A stretch of 64,000 nt of DNA from Gammaproteobacteria bacterium. Lineage in GTDB: Bacteria; Pseudomonadota; Gammaproteobacteria; Eutrophobiales; Eutrophobiaceae. Under the pieces are notes generated by a model. That model did no database searches and was not told the DNA's origin. It saw nothing but the letters and a program-made list of their open reading frames with translations. The DNA is taken from the NCBI GenBank assembly GCA_965222155.1, contig CBDCTH010000004.1:1-64000 (forward strand). The letters run 5' to 3'. The position numbers were made by a program, and so were the translations under genes. Below, in pieces: positions 12,679 to 25,600 of this stretch (position 1 is the first letter of the stretch; every line of letters starts with the position of its first letter).

Positions 12679-14109
12679 TATGACAAGCTGATACAATGAC
12701 CGTTCCTTACTGTCTAGCTTCTAAATTGCACAGTACAGTAACTGAAACGATGTTATTTCACCTAGCCAAGAATAGAAATCGTTTGCTTATAGCCCAAATC
12801 GCAGGCTACCTTCTGTGTCGTAAATAGTGTTTGAAGGATTCTATTCGTTTCAAGTTAATATTATTAAAGACGTTGAAAATATAATACCTACCTCGACGCA
12901 TGACATATTCAGGGAGTAATTGGATTGTGCAACTTTGTAGAAAGATTACTTGTTCGCTCACCATTCGATTGGCTTTCGTTTGTCATGTATAGTGACCTTT
13001 TCTCAACACAACTGCATGGTTTTCGAAAGCAGCCAGCATGTCTACATGCTATAGCATCTTTGGAAAGTCTGTAGAATACGTCTCCAACGACCAATGGAGA
13101 AGCCGTGATCGAGCGTATAATTATAAGCCTCGATACCTGAATCCACCGCGCTATATGGGTTACTTCTCACCCAAATATGATACTAGTTGGTTTTTGAATG
13201 AACTGATCTCGAGAATTCAGTTCAGTTTGTATGAATAGAAGAAATACATCTTGTCAGTCTATATGCTAAACTAGTCCAATTAAAAATGTCCATTTATTGT
13301 TAGACTGTACTACTGTCTACTTTTTCAGACTAAGTTACTCCGGAAACTCGTTTCACTTGCGACCAGAACTGCTAAAATGCGACTTGAAACTTGCGCGTAG
13401 AAGGTTCGCTATTGTAGGAAAAACATTGTCTACTTTCAGTAAGTACAAATTATCATACGTCGCTTCACCGGGCCACCCTATGTGTTACCTCGGTACTTTC
13501 ACTAAGCTCCCAGACGTTTTACCTGTCTAAATTTTACATGCAGTAGTAGACCCAGGAATGGGCTTGTTCCCAAGTCTGAGACGTCCACGTCTATAGTCTT
13601 CTGTAGCATCATGGATTGCGGTGCTTCTAGAGGAGGTGAATGGTTGTCTCGATCTCTAAGAAAGCTGACTAAATATCTATAGACTATAGATAAACCTAGT
13701 GATGTAAATTACACAAATATCGAATTGCAGCTTTAATCTGTTGGCATTTTATCGTCAAGGCTCGACTAAACCAGTGGTGATACGAGTGAAACCGGTCCCG
13801 GAAATACTTCCTCTAATGATTACTGACTATTGACCTATTCTGTTCATACACAGGAAGGAGATTATTGGACCTGCTAGTTCGGATTCTGAATAGGTCTCCC
13901 CATCGCTGCTCGGTCCCAAACGCGGAAAGAGATCTGTACAGAAATAGTTAAACTTGAAGTCTTCGGCACTTGTGCTATTTCTATTTTTGACTCAATATAG
14001 GGAAGAGCCGGAACATCAACTGGCAGAGCCACTTCAGAAGTCTGTCAAAGTTCCAAACGACACAGAGAATGAGCTGAGTAGATTTTCAGAACAAATTTTA
14101 AAACTGCGG

Positions 14110-15190
14110 GAAATACCCTAGCTGAAGACAATTTTCCAAACTTTCAGGTCACAATCACAATCACATAGCCAACACTCTAACCATGCAGAGTCGTGTGCGA
14201 GCGGTTACGCCAAGTGACCACTCCGAACGGATTCACTATCGACCAGGCCATCCGCAGACAGGGGTCGACATGTACAACTCCGAACATCCGTCTATTTTGA
14301 CTGTAGGTGCTGTGGCGGGGAGACAACGAGTCGTATGAAGTGTTTGGCGATCTGTTCGATCCAATTATTGCTGCCAGACACAACGGCTTTCAAAACTCCG
14401 ACACACAAGACCGACCTCGATCTTGCTCACCTCCAGTGTGACGTAGATGAACTGGATCGCGACTACGTTCTATCCTGTCGCGTTCGCACCGGTTGTAGCA
14501 ATCGCGGTGTCTGCCTGCCACCGTTTTGTACTCGAGGAGATCGACGTACAGTAGAGTCCAAAACTGCTCTCAATTCTCTGGACGGCGAGTTTGAAGGAAA
14601 TTACTATCTCATAGTGGGAGTGACCGAAGAACAACAGCGGCCCATCGACATCCACTCCTTGTTCGACACCGTATCCCCCTTGCTCACTGCAGCTGCATGC
14701 AATAGCTCGTGACTGGCATGACGCTCGTGGTATCTGGTACAACAACCAGAACAATATAGGTCAATGAGGAAGATCACTTCAGAGTGATCTCCATGGAGAG
14801 CAGAGGAAACATGAAAGGATTCTTTACGCGCTTACGAAGGTCTGTGCCGCTTTGAGGAGACCATAAAGATAGCCATGAATTCATGTGGAATGAGCACCTA
14901 TAGGCTTCATCGTCACATGTCTTTCAAACTTGGGAACCGGCAGACGTGCACGTCAAACTACCTCTTCTCTCGCAAGACAGAGGACTTTCTGGTCTGTTAG
15001 AGGCAAAGCGCTTGCAAAAGCAAGTCACTGCGCCGGGGATGAGTGGACACCTCCACTAACCACGGGTGCTTGACGTTTCAATCAGCGATCGGTTGGGGTT
15101 TACCGAGGTGGAGTTGGTCCAACGAGTCGTCAATGGTGTGGCGAAACTCTGCCACGGAGAAGCAACTGGTTCCTTTGACGATCTTGTCTA
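14110..15190 (+). pseudogene. Intronless (processed) creatine-kinase-type phosphagen kinase pseudogene
   Basis: Pieced across frames: [114 protein letters not shown]. Many frameshifts and no introns over ~1.1 kb. Confidence 0.9.
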
Positions 15191-15613
15191 AAATCTAATC
15201 AACCGAAGTTTGAAATCAAAAGACTGGCTGTCTAGTTAACTAAAATCTATATAACCATACGCTCTTCCGTTTCTCCTGCCAGGTTGAATCGATTCCGATG
15301 ATTAATTATTACACTGCAGCACAAGTCATTTTCTCTAGACATATATTAATTTTATATATACGTATGGTGGCCGGTTTCAATGTTTCATTTTTCATTTCAG
15401 CGGCTGTCGAATTGGTACGAAGCTTGTCCATGCATGAAGAAGGCGACACTGAGTCCGTATGGACCTTGGGGAAGTACCTTGAAGACCTCAAATCTTCCAC
15501 TCTACCACCAACTGTGTCCAGGTTTGCAAGAGCCCTTGGTCCCGATGCAGTCTAACAGTTTGTCTTTCACATGCATATGCACATGCAGGTGCAGAGAGAG
15601 TGGCCACGGGCTA

Positions 15614-18462
15614 CAGTGCACCGCATCTTGTCAGCAGACTATAGGTTTAATTCGATTTCTCCGCAACGGAGGATCCGACTGAACTGAAAACGTAGTGACA
15701 GGTGGGCATGTTATTAGGAAAGTTGCACATGGGATCGGTTTGGCAGTTTCGCGTAGTCTTGCTTTGTGAACGTCTGCAACGTGGGCGTGGGTCGCTAAAA
15801 GTGTTAGGCAAATTTCCGATCAGTTTGACTCTCCAGAAGCTAATCGATGCAGCCCATCGTGGATCAATAGGCTCCCTTTCTACTTGTGGTATTAGAATTC
15901 TGGAAATCTACATGTAGCGGGAGAGACAGGTGAGAAACTGATTACGACCGGTGCTCACTCGCGCTACCCTACATGACAAAGGACGGCGATCCGTGCTCTC
16001 TAAATCTGTAAAAGAGAACTTCTGTATTTGGGCAAACTTCAGAATTTTTCCCAGTCTTCCAGCTACTCGCAAACTCGAGCTAACAGTGCTTCCACCGTTG
16101 TCACGTGATTTGTCAGAGGTGGGCGTGGCGCTTAGCCTCCTGTTTCTCGGCATGATCTTCTAACGAGCTCTCTCTGGGGCAGTCAATGCACCAACGATGG
16201 GACTAACCAACTATGCTACTGGTGAGTGATGAAAGGATCAACGTCAGGATCTGTGACTTCCGGCATTGGTCGTCGGAGCCGCCGATCCAGTAACTTCCTG
16301 ACTGCGAATGACGGGTCGAAATGGACTGCTGGGGTTCCTATTAACATTTCTACACTGTCTTGGACAACCATGCACATGCCGAAAGTCAGGATCGATAGGG
16401 ATCGATGCAATGAGTAGGCGTGGTTGGAGTCATCTAGCTGTTTGCTGTACTATGAGCTCTCAGCTTCGAAACTATAGTTTCATCAGATGCACAGGAAACA
16501 TCACATGCACGTGGAGATGGGCAGAAGCAGGATTGCTGGTCATGTATTAGCATAAATTGAATAATTTTAATTTTAATTAGACTGCGTGCAAAGGAGCTTC
16601 TGATTTTATTTTTGCCGACTCCTCAACAACTTCTAATTCGCAATCCCTGTAATTCTTACTGTAATTTCCTTCTGCAGAATTAGTACTTGCCATATGCCTC
16701 AATACACTGACAGCAAACTGAAATACTGCTACAGCCTCAAGTGAAGAGATTAATGGTTTCGTTACTAATGAGTCAGAAACTGCAAGGGAAGGAACAGCAA
16801 TAAGTTCATGAAACAGGTTGTTAGGGCAGTGTCCATCTTTGAATCAAAGTACCCAAAAGCTCAAGCTGAATTTATCCTTGATCAAAGCCCGTGCCACAAG
16901 AAGCTCCCAGAAGATGCTCTGAACATCCACAGTATGAACGTGAATCCAGGCAGAAAACAACCACAGATGAGAAGCACACAATGGAATGGAAAAGAGCAGC
17001 TGATCGCTTTGCCTGACAGTAAGCCCAAAGGAATGAGGTTAGTGCTCCAGGAAAGAGGCATTGATACTTTTGGCATGAATTCTGAGGACATGAGAGAAGC
17101 TTTGAGTACGTTCACTGATTTTCAGAACCCAAAGACAATTGTAGAGGAGTATATAGAAAGCTGTGGACACATCTGTTTATTCTTGCCCAAGTACCACTGT
17201 GAAATAAACCCCATTGAACGTGTCTGGTGCAAGGCAAAGAAGTTCACAAGACCACACTGCACTTACACCTGCCAGCCTTGCGAAGAGTGATCCCAGAGAG
17301 TCTAGCAACAGTGACAGCTAGTAGATGACATCAGAAAGTATTCTACAAAGACAAGAGACTATGAGAAGGCTTACAGGGATGAAAAAATTGGAGCAGCTGT
17401 TGAAGAGGCTGTAAAGATCTACAAATCTCATCAACGCGTGAATTTCGATTCATCAGCAACATAATGAATTAGTATTCATCGTCAGTTTCAGTCAGCCATC
17501 CCCTGCATATACCGAAATCATTATGGGGCACGCGTCTACCCATCTCCACGAGATGTGCCCTGGGTATTCGCTGGAACTGCAGCCTCGGTGCTGACAGCGA
17601 ATAGCAGAGAGATAGACATCTCTCATCATGTATAAGTCCTGATTCTTCTTGGTATACCCCACCCACGCCCAGTCATTGCATCAGTAGCTGACTTTCGGCA
17701 TGTGCATGGTTGTCCAAAACAGTGTAGAAATGTTCATAGTTACCCCAGCAGTCCATTTCGACCCGTCATTCGCAGCCAGGAAGTTACTGGATCGGCGGCT
17801 CCGACGACCAATACCGGAAGTCACAGATCCTGACGTTGATCGTTTCATCGCTCACCAGTAGTATAGTTGGTTAGCCCCAGCGTTGGTGCATTGACTGCCC
17901 CAGAGAGAGCTCGTTAGAAGATCACCAGGAGAAACAGCAGGCTAAGCGTCACGCCCACCTCTGATAAATCACGTGACAACCGTGGAAGCACTGTAGCTCG
18001 AGTTTGCGAGTAGCTGGAAGAGTAGGAAAAATTCTGAAGTTTGCCCATATACAGAAGTTTTCTTGTACAGATTTAGAGAGCACTTATCGCCGTCCTTTGT
18101 CATGTAGGGTAGCGCGAGTGAGTACCGGTCGTAATCAGTTTCTCACCTGTCTCTCCCGCTACATGTAGTTTTCCGGAATTCTAATACCACAAGTAGAAAG
18201 GGAGCCTATTGATCCACGATGGGCTGTATCGATTAGCTTCTGGACAGTCAAACTGATCGGAAATTTGCCTAACACTTTTAGCGACCCACGCCCACATTGC
18301 AGACGTTCACAAAACAAGACTACGCGAAACTGCCAAACCGATCCCATGTGCAACTTTCCTAATAACATGCCCACCTACCACCACGTTTTCAGTTCAGTCG
18401 GATCCTCCGTTGCGGAGAAATCAAATTAAACCTATAGTCTACTGTCAAGATGCGGTGCACTG
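15614..18462 (+). mobile_element. IS630-Tc1-mariner superfamily element with ~775-bp TIRs, internally deleted
   Basis: 15614-16389 and 17688-18462 are high-identity inverted copies (termini CAGTGCACCGCATCTTG / CAAGATGCGGTGCACTG). TA on both flanks (15612-13 and 18463-64). Confidence 0.95.
16808..17465 (+). pseudogene. C-terminal DDE transposase fragment (second D to E spacing 111 aa)
   Basis: FILDQSPCH...PKGMRLVLQERG...LFLPKYHCEINPIERVW. Frameshifts after about 17270; the tail reads ...AVKIYKSHQRV. The first catalytic D and the N-terminus are absent. Confidence 0.85.
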
Positions 18463-19687
18463 TAGGCCAATTGCAAGGTGTCAAGCTTAAGGACAGATAG
18501 GAGTCCAAGCGGTCCAAGAGGAAGGAAAAGTCTCATTCGCAAGGTCAAAAGGGTTCCTTACAACTGGAGCGGGGTTGTTTCGCAAAAACATCACCACCAA
18601 AGTTGAAAGAACTCCATATACTCGCTGACAGCAGTGAAATCGGAGGTTCAAAGCGGATGTGGCAACACTGATCAGGCAGGAAGAGTACTGAGTCTCCTAG
18701 AACTAGATAACCTGTCTAATCTCTCCTGTATGCAGCGTCAGCCATCGGAGAACGCAGATTCGAATGAGGTCAATACTTTCGAAAAGTAAGAAACTTCGTG
18801 AACGTAGTGAATGGACCGAATCACTGAGACAATGTCAATTAAACTTACCAGCTGCAGAAAACAATGTGCTTCAAGGAGGGGTCAAGTAGAGTACACTGGT
18901 CAACCGTTTACTCAATTTAATCTGATCCATACAATTTTCAGCAAGAAACAGCCCAAATTAGATTAGAGCACAAATACCGATAGGGATTCGAATGCTAGAG
19001 CAGACAAGCTATGTATTGACAAATACCGAGACCCAGCGAGAACCTATGTATACGTATATTCATCTGCATACCAATCAGAGTTCTGGTATGGGGAAGACCA
19101 CAGCAAGCTTAAGCTCTTGAGTCACTGACAGATGGGCATACATATTCTTAACATAATTCATCATAGATTAGACTGCTACACCAATATCCCTGTGTGAGAG
19201 GAATGTTCAATCTCATACAACTAAAACTGAGCATTAAAGCAAATAACACCAATGTATCTGAATGTAAAAATATTCTGGTTTATCATGGTCAATGCCCAAC
19301 ATATTGAGGCAAGTCAGTGCTGCATCCTCAAAGGTCTGACTGTAGAACCTTGGTGGCGATTGATTATGCATGAAAGACTTCACCAGAGTCTTCACTCTAC
19401 TCTTATGTGCATCTGCATCAATCCCTGACTGTTGCATGCATTTACTGTTTATGTTCTAGCACCACCAAGTTCACACTGTCCGTTTCAATTGCACACTATG
19501 AGTGGAAGGGAAACTCTCTCAGCCTGGGTGTTTGACTTTTAAAAAAAGCTGACTGTCCACGTGGCTGCACAATATTAATTCTTTAAAGGACTTATCAAAC
19601 TAGGTTGCTGCTGTTCAGCTGTGGCTAAAGAAGTTTGTCAGTTACAGTTGCTAAAGCTGGTCTAGCATATACATTGTCAATTAACGT

Positions 19688-22600
19688 TTACAGTTGATGC
19701 TCATTGCTACACTGATGTACTGAAATCAAAAAGTTGTGGAAAATCTCTACAGAGTTGTAATACAACCTGCCGGTCAGCCTTGCCTTCACTTAAGCTTGCC
19801 TCATCTTCTAGGATGTTCTGGAAACAACCTGAGATATCAGACAATCTGTGTTGGTGTTCAGCATAATTTGAATTTCCAATGATGTCACGCAGTAAATGAA
19901 GGTAGTGAGATCGGTTCTAGCACGCAATACCATTACAAACCTTCCACAGACAGTTGTACCAAACTTACTTGATCTCCAGCTGCCAGGTCTGACAACTGTC
20001 TAACGATGATATCAATGAGCACCATAAGGTCAGTTGTAAAGAACAACCCTGATGTCTTCTTGTTGGAAAAAATATCATGAAGAATCTTCAGTCCAGAATT
20101 TGGACACAGGGGAGTGAAAATTGCCACTGGATCGTCTGTCATAGAAAGACCATGCAATAATATTAATGCCCATACAGTGTTAGTGACAAAACTTCAGGGA
20201 TGTCTGTAACTTTGAACGTCATAACCAACAAATGACTTTTTGCTGAGCCTTCTACCCCCTACCTCCTACCTAAAACAAAGTGGTATGCACAAACACGTGG
20301 TATGCATGCGCACAAACACGTTGTTTGCACAAAACGTGTTTGCCATTGTCATTTGCATCACAACTGATTGCTGAAGGATTTGTGATGTTATGGCAGGAAT
20401 AACTCAATAGGCTTCGAAATCAATGCCCTTCAGGTAGATTTATGGAAGAGCTTGTCTAACACCCAATGCCCAAGACAGAATGCTTGAAAGGAGCTTCTAG
20501 CCGGTGGACTACAGTTGTGGTTGTCAGAAGCAACATTATTTACCAAACTTGTTTCCTGTGAACCACTCCTGCATACACAAATTACTGCCTTGATGCCTCA
20601 ATGGCTCTTTTGCATTCACAGGACAGATTAAAAATATTGGCTGCCACTAAGTATGCTATAGTAGTGGCATCTGTCTGCAGATGCTCATGAGCATTGCCAA
20701 CGAAAGTGTACTTTACCTGCCTCCAGAAACACAGGGAAGGCAGTTACAAAAGGCATGTCTGATTCAAAGACTGCAAGTCAGTACAGACCAGCAATTTTCT
20801 ATTATTCTAAGTTCCTGAATGAAGTAGCTATAGTTACCCTATCCGTCATGATAATGAAATACTGTTGTTTGTTGATTACTTTTGACAATTCTGAATGGTC
20901 CCTTAGCCATTCACCAGTTCATCTGAGTCCATGACAGATTACTTTAAAGTACCAGTTGCACTCTCTGTAATTAGGCTAGTTAGATACATGACATGGTAAC
21001 CAACATCAAAAACATGTCAAAACTGCTTATCATTTAAGAAGACAGCAAATAATTCAACTGAAAATAACATTATTAGTAATGATTGGCAGCCACATATGAG
21101 TGTACAGTACTGTGTGTGCATACATCAGGTTTTACAGGCACCAATGGTTGAAGACAGAAAACAACAGTGCTGCAACAGACTAGATGCAGCTAACAAGCCT
21201 TGATCAGCCAAAATGAACTACTCTTGCCTGGGGCTTGTGCACAGACACAATTACATCCCTGTACTTTTAATCGAGGGTACCAGTTTTTCTAAAAGATGGA
21301 GTTAGGGATCATTTAATCACCAATTAATTCCCTCAAATACATGGTCACTGTACCAAATGCTGAGCAGCAGAAAGACTACAGATGGTGAAGTCTCAACTAC
21401 CTTGTGTTTCTGGTCATAACTGTATGTCTGCCTGTCTCTCGAGGTGTTCCCTCCACAACTGCCCACTAACCTTCTCTGTTCACCAATATCAAAAGCTTCT
21501 CACTGAACGTCTTTGCTGTGCCTCGATGTGACAGAACACGCATTATGCTGTTAGCAGACCAATCTACACCCACGGCAGTTTGGAAAAAAGTGTTCTTGTT
21601 ACAGTTTATCAAGTGAGTTTACCTTTAAAGTGAAAATTGAAGGCCAAAACAAGATGAGTGAATGAGTCAGCAATCTGATCCTCCTCTTCCACATCAGGTG
21701 GATTTTCAATAGTCTCCATTAGGAATTCAATAAACTCATCATTCCACTGATCTACATATATGTAATGAAAAAGATGACAAACAAACAAAGACTACTTGGG
21801 CATTCTAGTGCAGTGGTTGATGGGTTGAGCATGGGTTGAGCATGGGTTGAGCATGGGTTAGAGCATTTTGGTAATGACAAACAAGTAGAACAGGAAGGAA
21901 AGGCGACATTTGCATGTAATTCATCTTACCATATAGTTCCAGTGGGGGTCGTTCACCAGTTGAGAAGATCATGACACAAACAAGAGATGAATAGAGTGCC
22001 TTCTGCACATCTATAACAAGCAACATATATGAAGTGATGTGTCTTCATTAGACTGTAGTACCATTCAAGTCATTTCTTATGTCCCTTGCCAACTCCCTTG
22101 GCAAAACTGATGAAAGTAGGATAGAAATCACAACATGATCCAAACCACATAATGCCCCAAAGACTTTCAGAAGCAACACTCGAATAGGGGAGCGTGTTTC
22201 CTGGAACACCCAATAGTATCAGCAGTTCTGACAACACACAATGCACAATGCGTAGACAACTACAGCAGTATTCAAACATACATTCCATTCTTAGCACCAG
22301 TGCCACACAATTTAGCATCAAGTACATTGTTATGGACACAAAATGGCATTTTATTGCAACAGACAAACAAGCTTATCAGTACTCTAAACATGCAGCTTGA
22401 TGAAGAAATGGTGCTAATGCTATATTGGAGAAGTGCACAAATAACTGATACTGTCTCTGTTGCTACGACCACAGCAAAGAAAGTAACTGCTTCTCATGTT
22501 GCTAAGGTGCCAAGATAGGACCCATAGCCTTCCAGTGAGCTTCAGAATCCTCATCCAGCTCACTTCCCCTTGCATACAAACTTTAGCAAGCCTGGTCTGT

Positions 22601-25600
22601 TTTGCAAATGTGCACGAAAATTCAAAGAAAAGGTGGGTGGTCTTGAATTAATAGGTACAGTTGTGCTAGTGATACATCTTAGTGAACTAACCATCTGAAA
22701 GTAAGTGATCAGGCAGTGCACAGCATCATAATCATCACGAAGCACCATGGAACGGCACACAGTGGGATCTGCATCACCCTACAAAATAGGGGCAAATGGC
22801 AATAGCCAGTCGTTACAACAGACAGTTTACAAGCTTAAGACTACCAGTATTGACAGCAGTTCTTCCAAGTACTCCACTATAACAGCATAGTCATCATACA
22901 GAGCCCAGCTACGCTGCTGTGAATCATCTTTGCAGTCTTTCAGTTCAGACAAGATTACATTGAGCCTGTCACGGTCATGATGACTACCCTCATCATTCCT
23001 ATCGTCTAAACCAGTGCCTGTCTCCTACAGACAGATTATATATACATTTCAGGAAGAATACAGCAGGGCATAAACACAGGTTACAAACAAGCATGCCCCA
23101 AAAATAATTGACAACCCAACTTGTTTTGCCAACCTAAGATATACACCACAGGATGTGGCCCACTATGGTAGAAATAGCTAATCCAAGGCTGTCCAAAGAA
23201 ATTCATTGGGCCAGACAAACCTCGTGTTATGCAGCCAACAGATCTAGAGGGACATTATAACAGAGCACCATAACAGTTCAGTGTGCTAACTGTGTTTTGA
23301 CAACTAAAGCACTTAATAAACATTCCCTTAAAAGCTAATCTGTCCTTTGGTACTAACGTATGAGTGCTCTTTGGATAGATTCATACCTCAGGTGTGCCAT
23401 ATGTGCAGCTAGCACATTCTGAAATCCTAATATTATGGGCAACTACAGGCTGTCTGTAATTACCAATATTCATCATATACTTCACCATACACAACTTTTC
23501 TGTGCATATTGACTCTTCCTACATTTCCACTCATTCCATGCATTTGTACAATGTCTGCTCATGCTGTCAACTGATCCAAATAGTGCGTAATGACAGAATC
23601 TTCTGTAAAGGTTCCGACCCTTGTGAACAGCTGAGCTAAACAGCCAAGTGGTTGCAGAAGATGGCTTACAAAAAGGGTTGCTATCTTGGTCAATATTTAA
23701 CACCTTGAACCCTTCACCTTACAAATGCATTTTTGTTTCTCAAAGATATCAATAATTATGAATGGCTGATAAATGATATGAATACACTGCTTCCTTACTC
23801 TTTCTTTGTCTGTTAACTTGTTCGCTTCAGTCCAGATTTTCCAGGCCATGTCACTATGTATGTGCCTACCTTCGAATTCTTAATCAAAAGCGCTCTGAAA
23901 GCTAGCCATGCATGTGTACCCTCTCACTCAAAATGTGTTCTGAAAGTTGGCCAGCACTGAAACGAAATTGTGGCCAAACCAAGTTTGAAGATGTCACAAA
24001 ATCAACCAGACAATTCAAAACAAAAATTTGTTTCATCTTGGGTTAACAATGTTTAATTAAGAGAGAAATTCATTGACAATACAAAACCACTGATCACTGA
24101 TAAAAGCATCAAAAATAGCAAGACTACAATGTATGTCACTACAAAAAATTGTACTTAGTATTCAATATTAAGAACGATATCTTACACAATTAAAATGTTA
24201 TAACAATTAATGTTTCACAAAAACAAATATGACAACAAACTTGATCAGAGAGTCCAACGCTAACTTGCCAATAGATAGAGAACACAAGGCATGAGAGGAA
24301 AGGGTCATAGCCAAAATACACACACCAGCTGACAGGTTCCATTTAGGAAAAGCAGTAATGTGAGTATGAAACAGGGTGCACCCTCACTTCAGAAGTAATA
24401 GGATCAACTTTCATATGCTTGCAGTTCATCTTCTGAACTTGCACCACAATGAAACCAAGTCAGACAACATACAAGAGACTGTTGGTGGCATAACATGACA
24501 TATCAAATGATTTGCATCCAGAAGATAATGGCTGCACATGCAGTGTGTGATTCAGAAGTATGGTGCATGGTGATTGCATACATGCATATACCAAGGACTT
24601 AAATTTGTCTTCACACTGCCATGTACATATCACAGACTGTTCTGTGTTGGCCAGATCCTTCCCTCTCTCATACAATAGGTATGGACTATTGCAACAGACA
24701 TAGAAATACGTACATAACAGAAATCCCATTCTACACAAGTTACAGTCACTGCTGCACAAAACACCTACAGCACAACTGTGGCAACCATGGCAGCACCTGA
24801 ATTTTGCCCAGTGACAGTAGAATGGGGGAGAGTGGCACCTCCATATCTGGTAGTTTATTTGTGAGGTAAAGAAGCACAGTCTCAACAGCTGCAGCTGACA
24901 GTCCATAATTAAGTCCAGTTCTAAATCAGAACAGAGTCAAATTTCCAAAAATGCTGTAGACTCCACTACAACCGACTGACTTCTCTCTGACAGAATCAAT
25001 CAACTCCCTACCACTGACCATGTCAGCTGAGATGGGAGAGTGCTGCAATCTTCTTCCTGATGGAGATGAGTCCTGTCTTCTTAGATTGCTCATGCTTGCT
25101 AATTCAGGTGAATGTTTGCTATCGGCTGATGCACTTGTCTCAGTCACTGCGTGATCCCCAAACTGATCCATTTGTTGTTCCTCCACGTTTCTTTCATTAG
25201 CTGCTGATTCTTTCACTTCTTTCTTTAGTGATGCTTCCCTTGTGGGTGGGTGTGGAGCTCTTCTTTTCATACTTACACTGACAGTAGAACCTGCCTCAAT
25301 ATTACATTCATCCACAGCAACGTTTGTAGCCAAATCTTCAAATGATGGAGGTAACACAGAGTGCACTGCAACATTGACATTTGATCCTTCTGTGACGTCT
25401 TTGCGCTGAGCGATCAGAGCTCTACAATGAAATAGCAGTTGTAGGTGGTAGTGATACTAATGCACCCACTTTCCAAAAAGCAAAGTTAAGAGTCTTCTAG
25501 TTTTGGAGCACTTAGTCATGGTATCACTTTGGGTCTTTCTGTGAGATGGCTTCAGATTCCAAAAGTCATAATCTTCAACAACCATTGTACTTGAGGCATA

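Noticed and set aside
15702-18374. Near-identical 71-aa ORFs on opposite strands (15702 and 18159)
   Set aside because: Mirror copies within the transposon TIRs; no protein motif.
21820-21865. 11-bp tandem repeat ATGGGTTGAGC as a telomere-like or CRISPR-like array (also GCAAGCAAGGT near 40035)
   Set aside because: Only 4-5 head-to-tail copies with no spacers; local slippage in introns.
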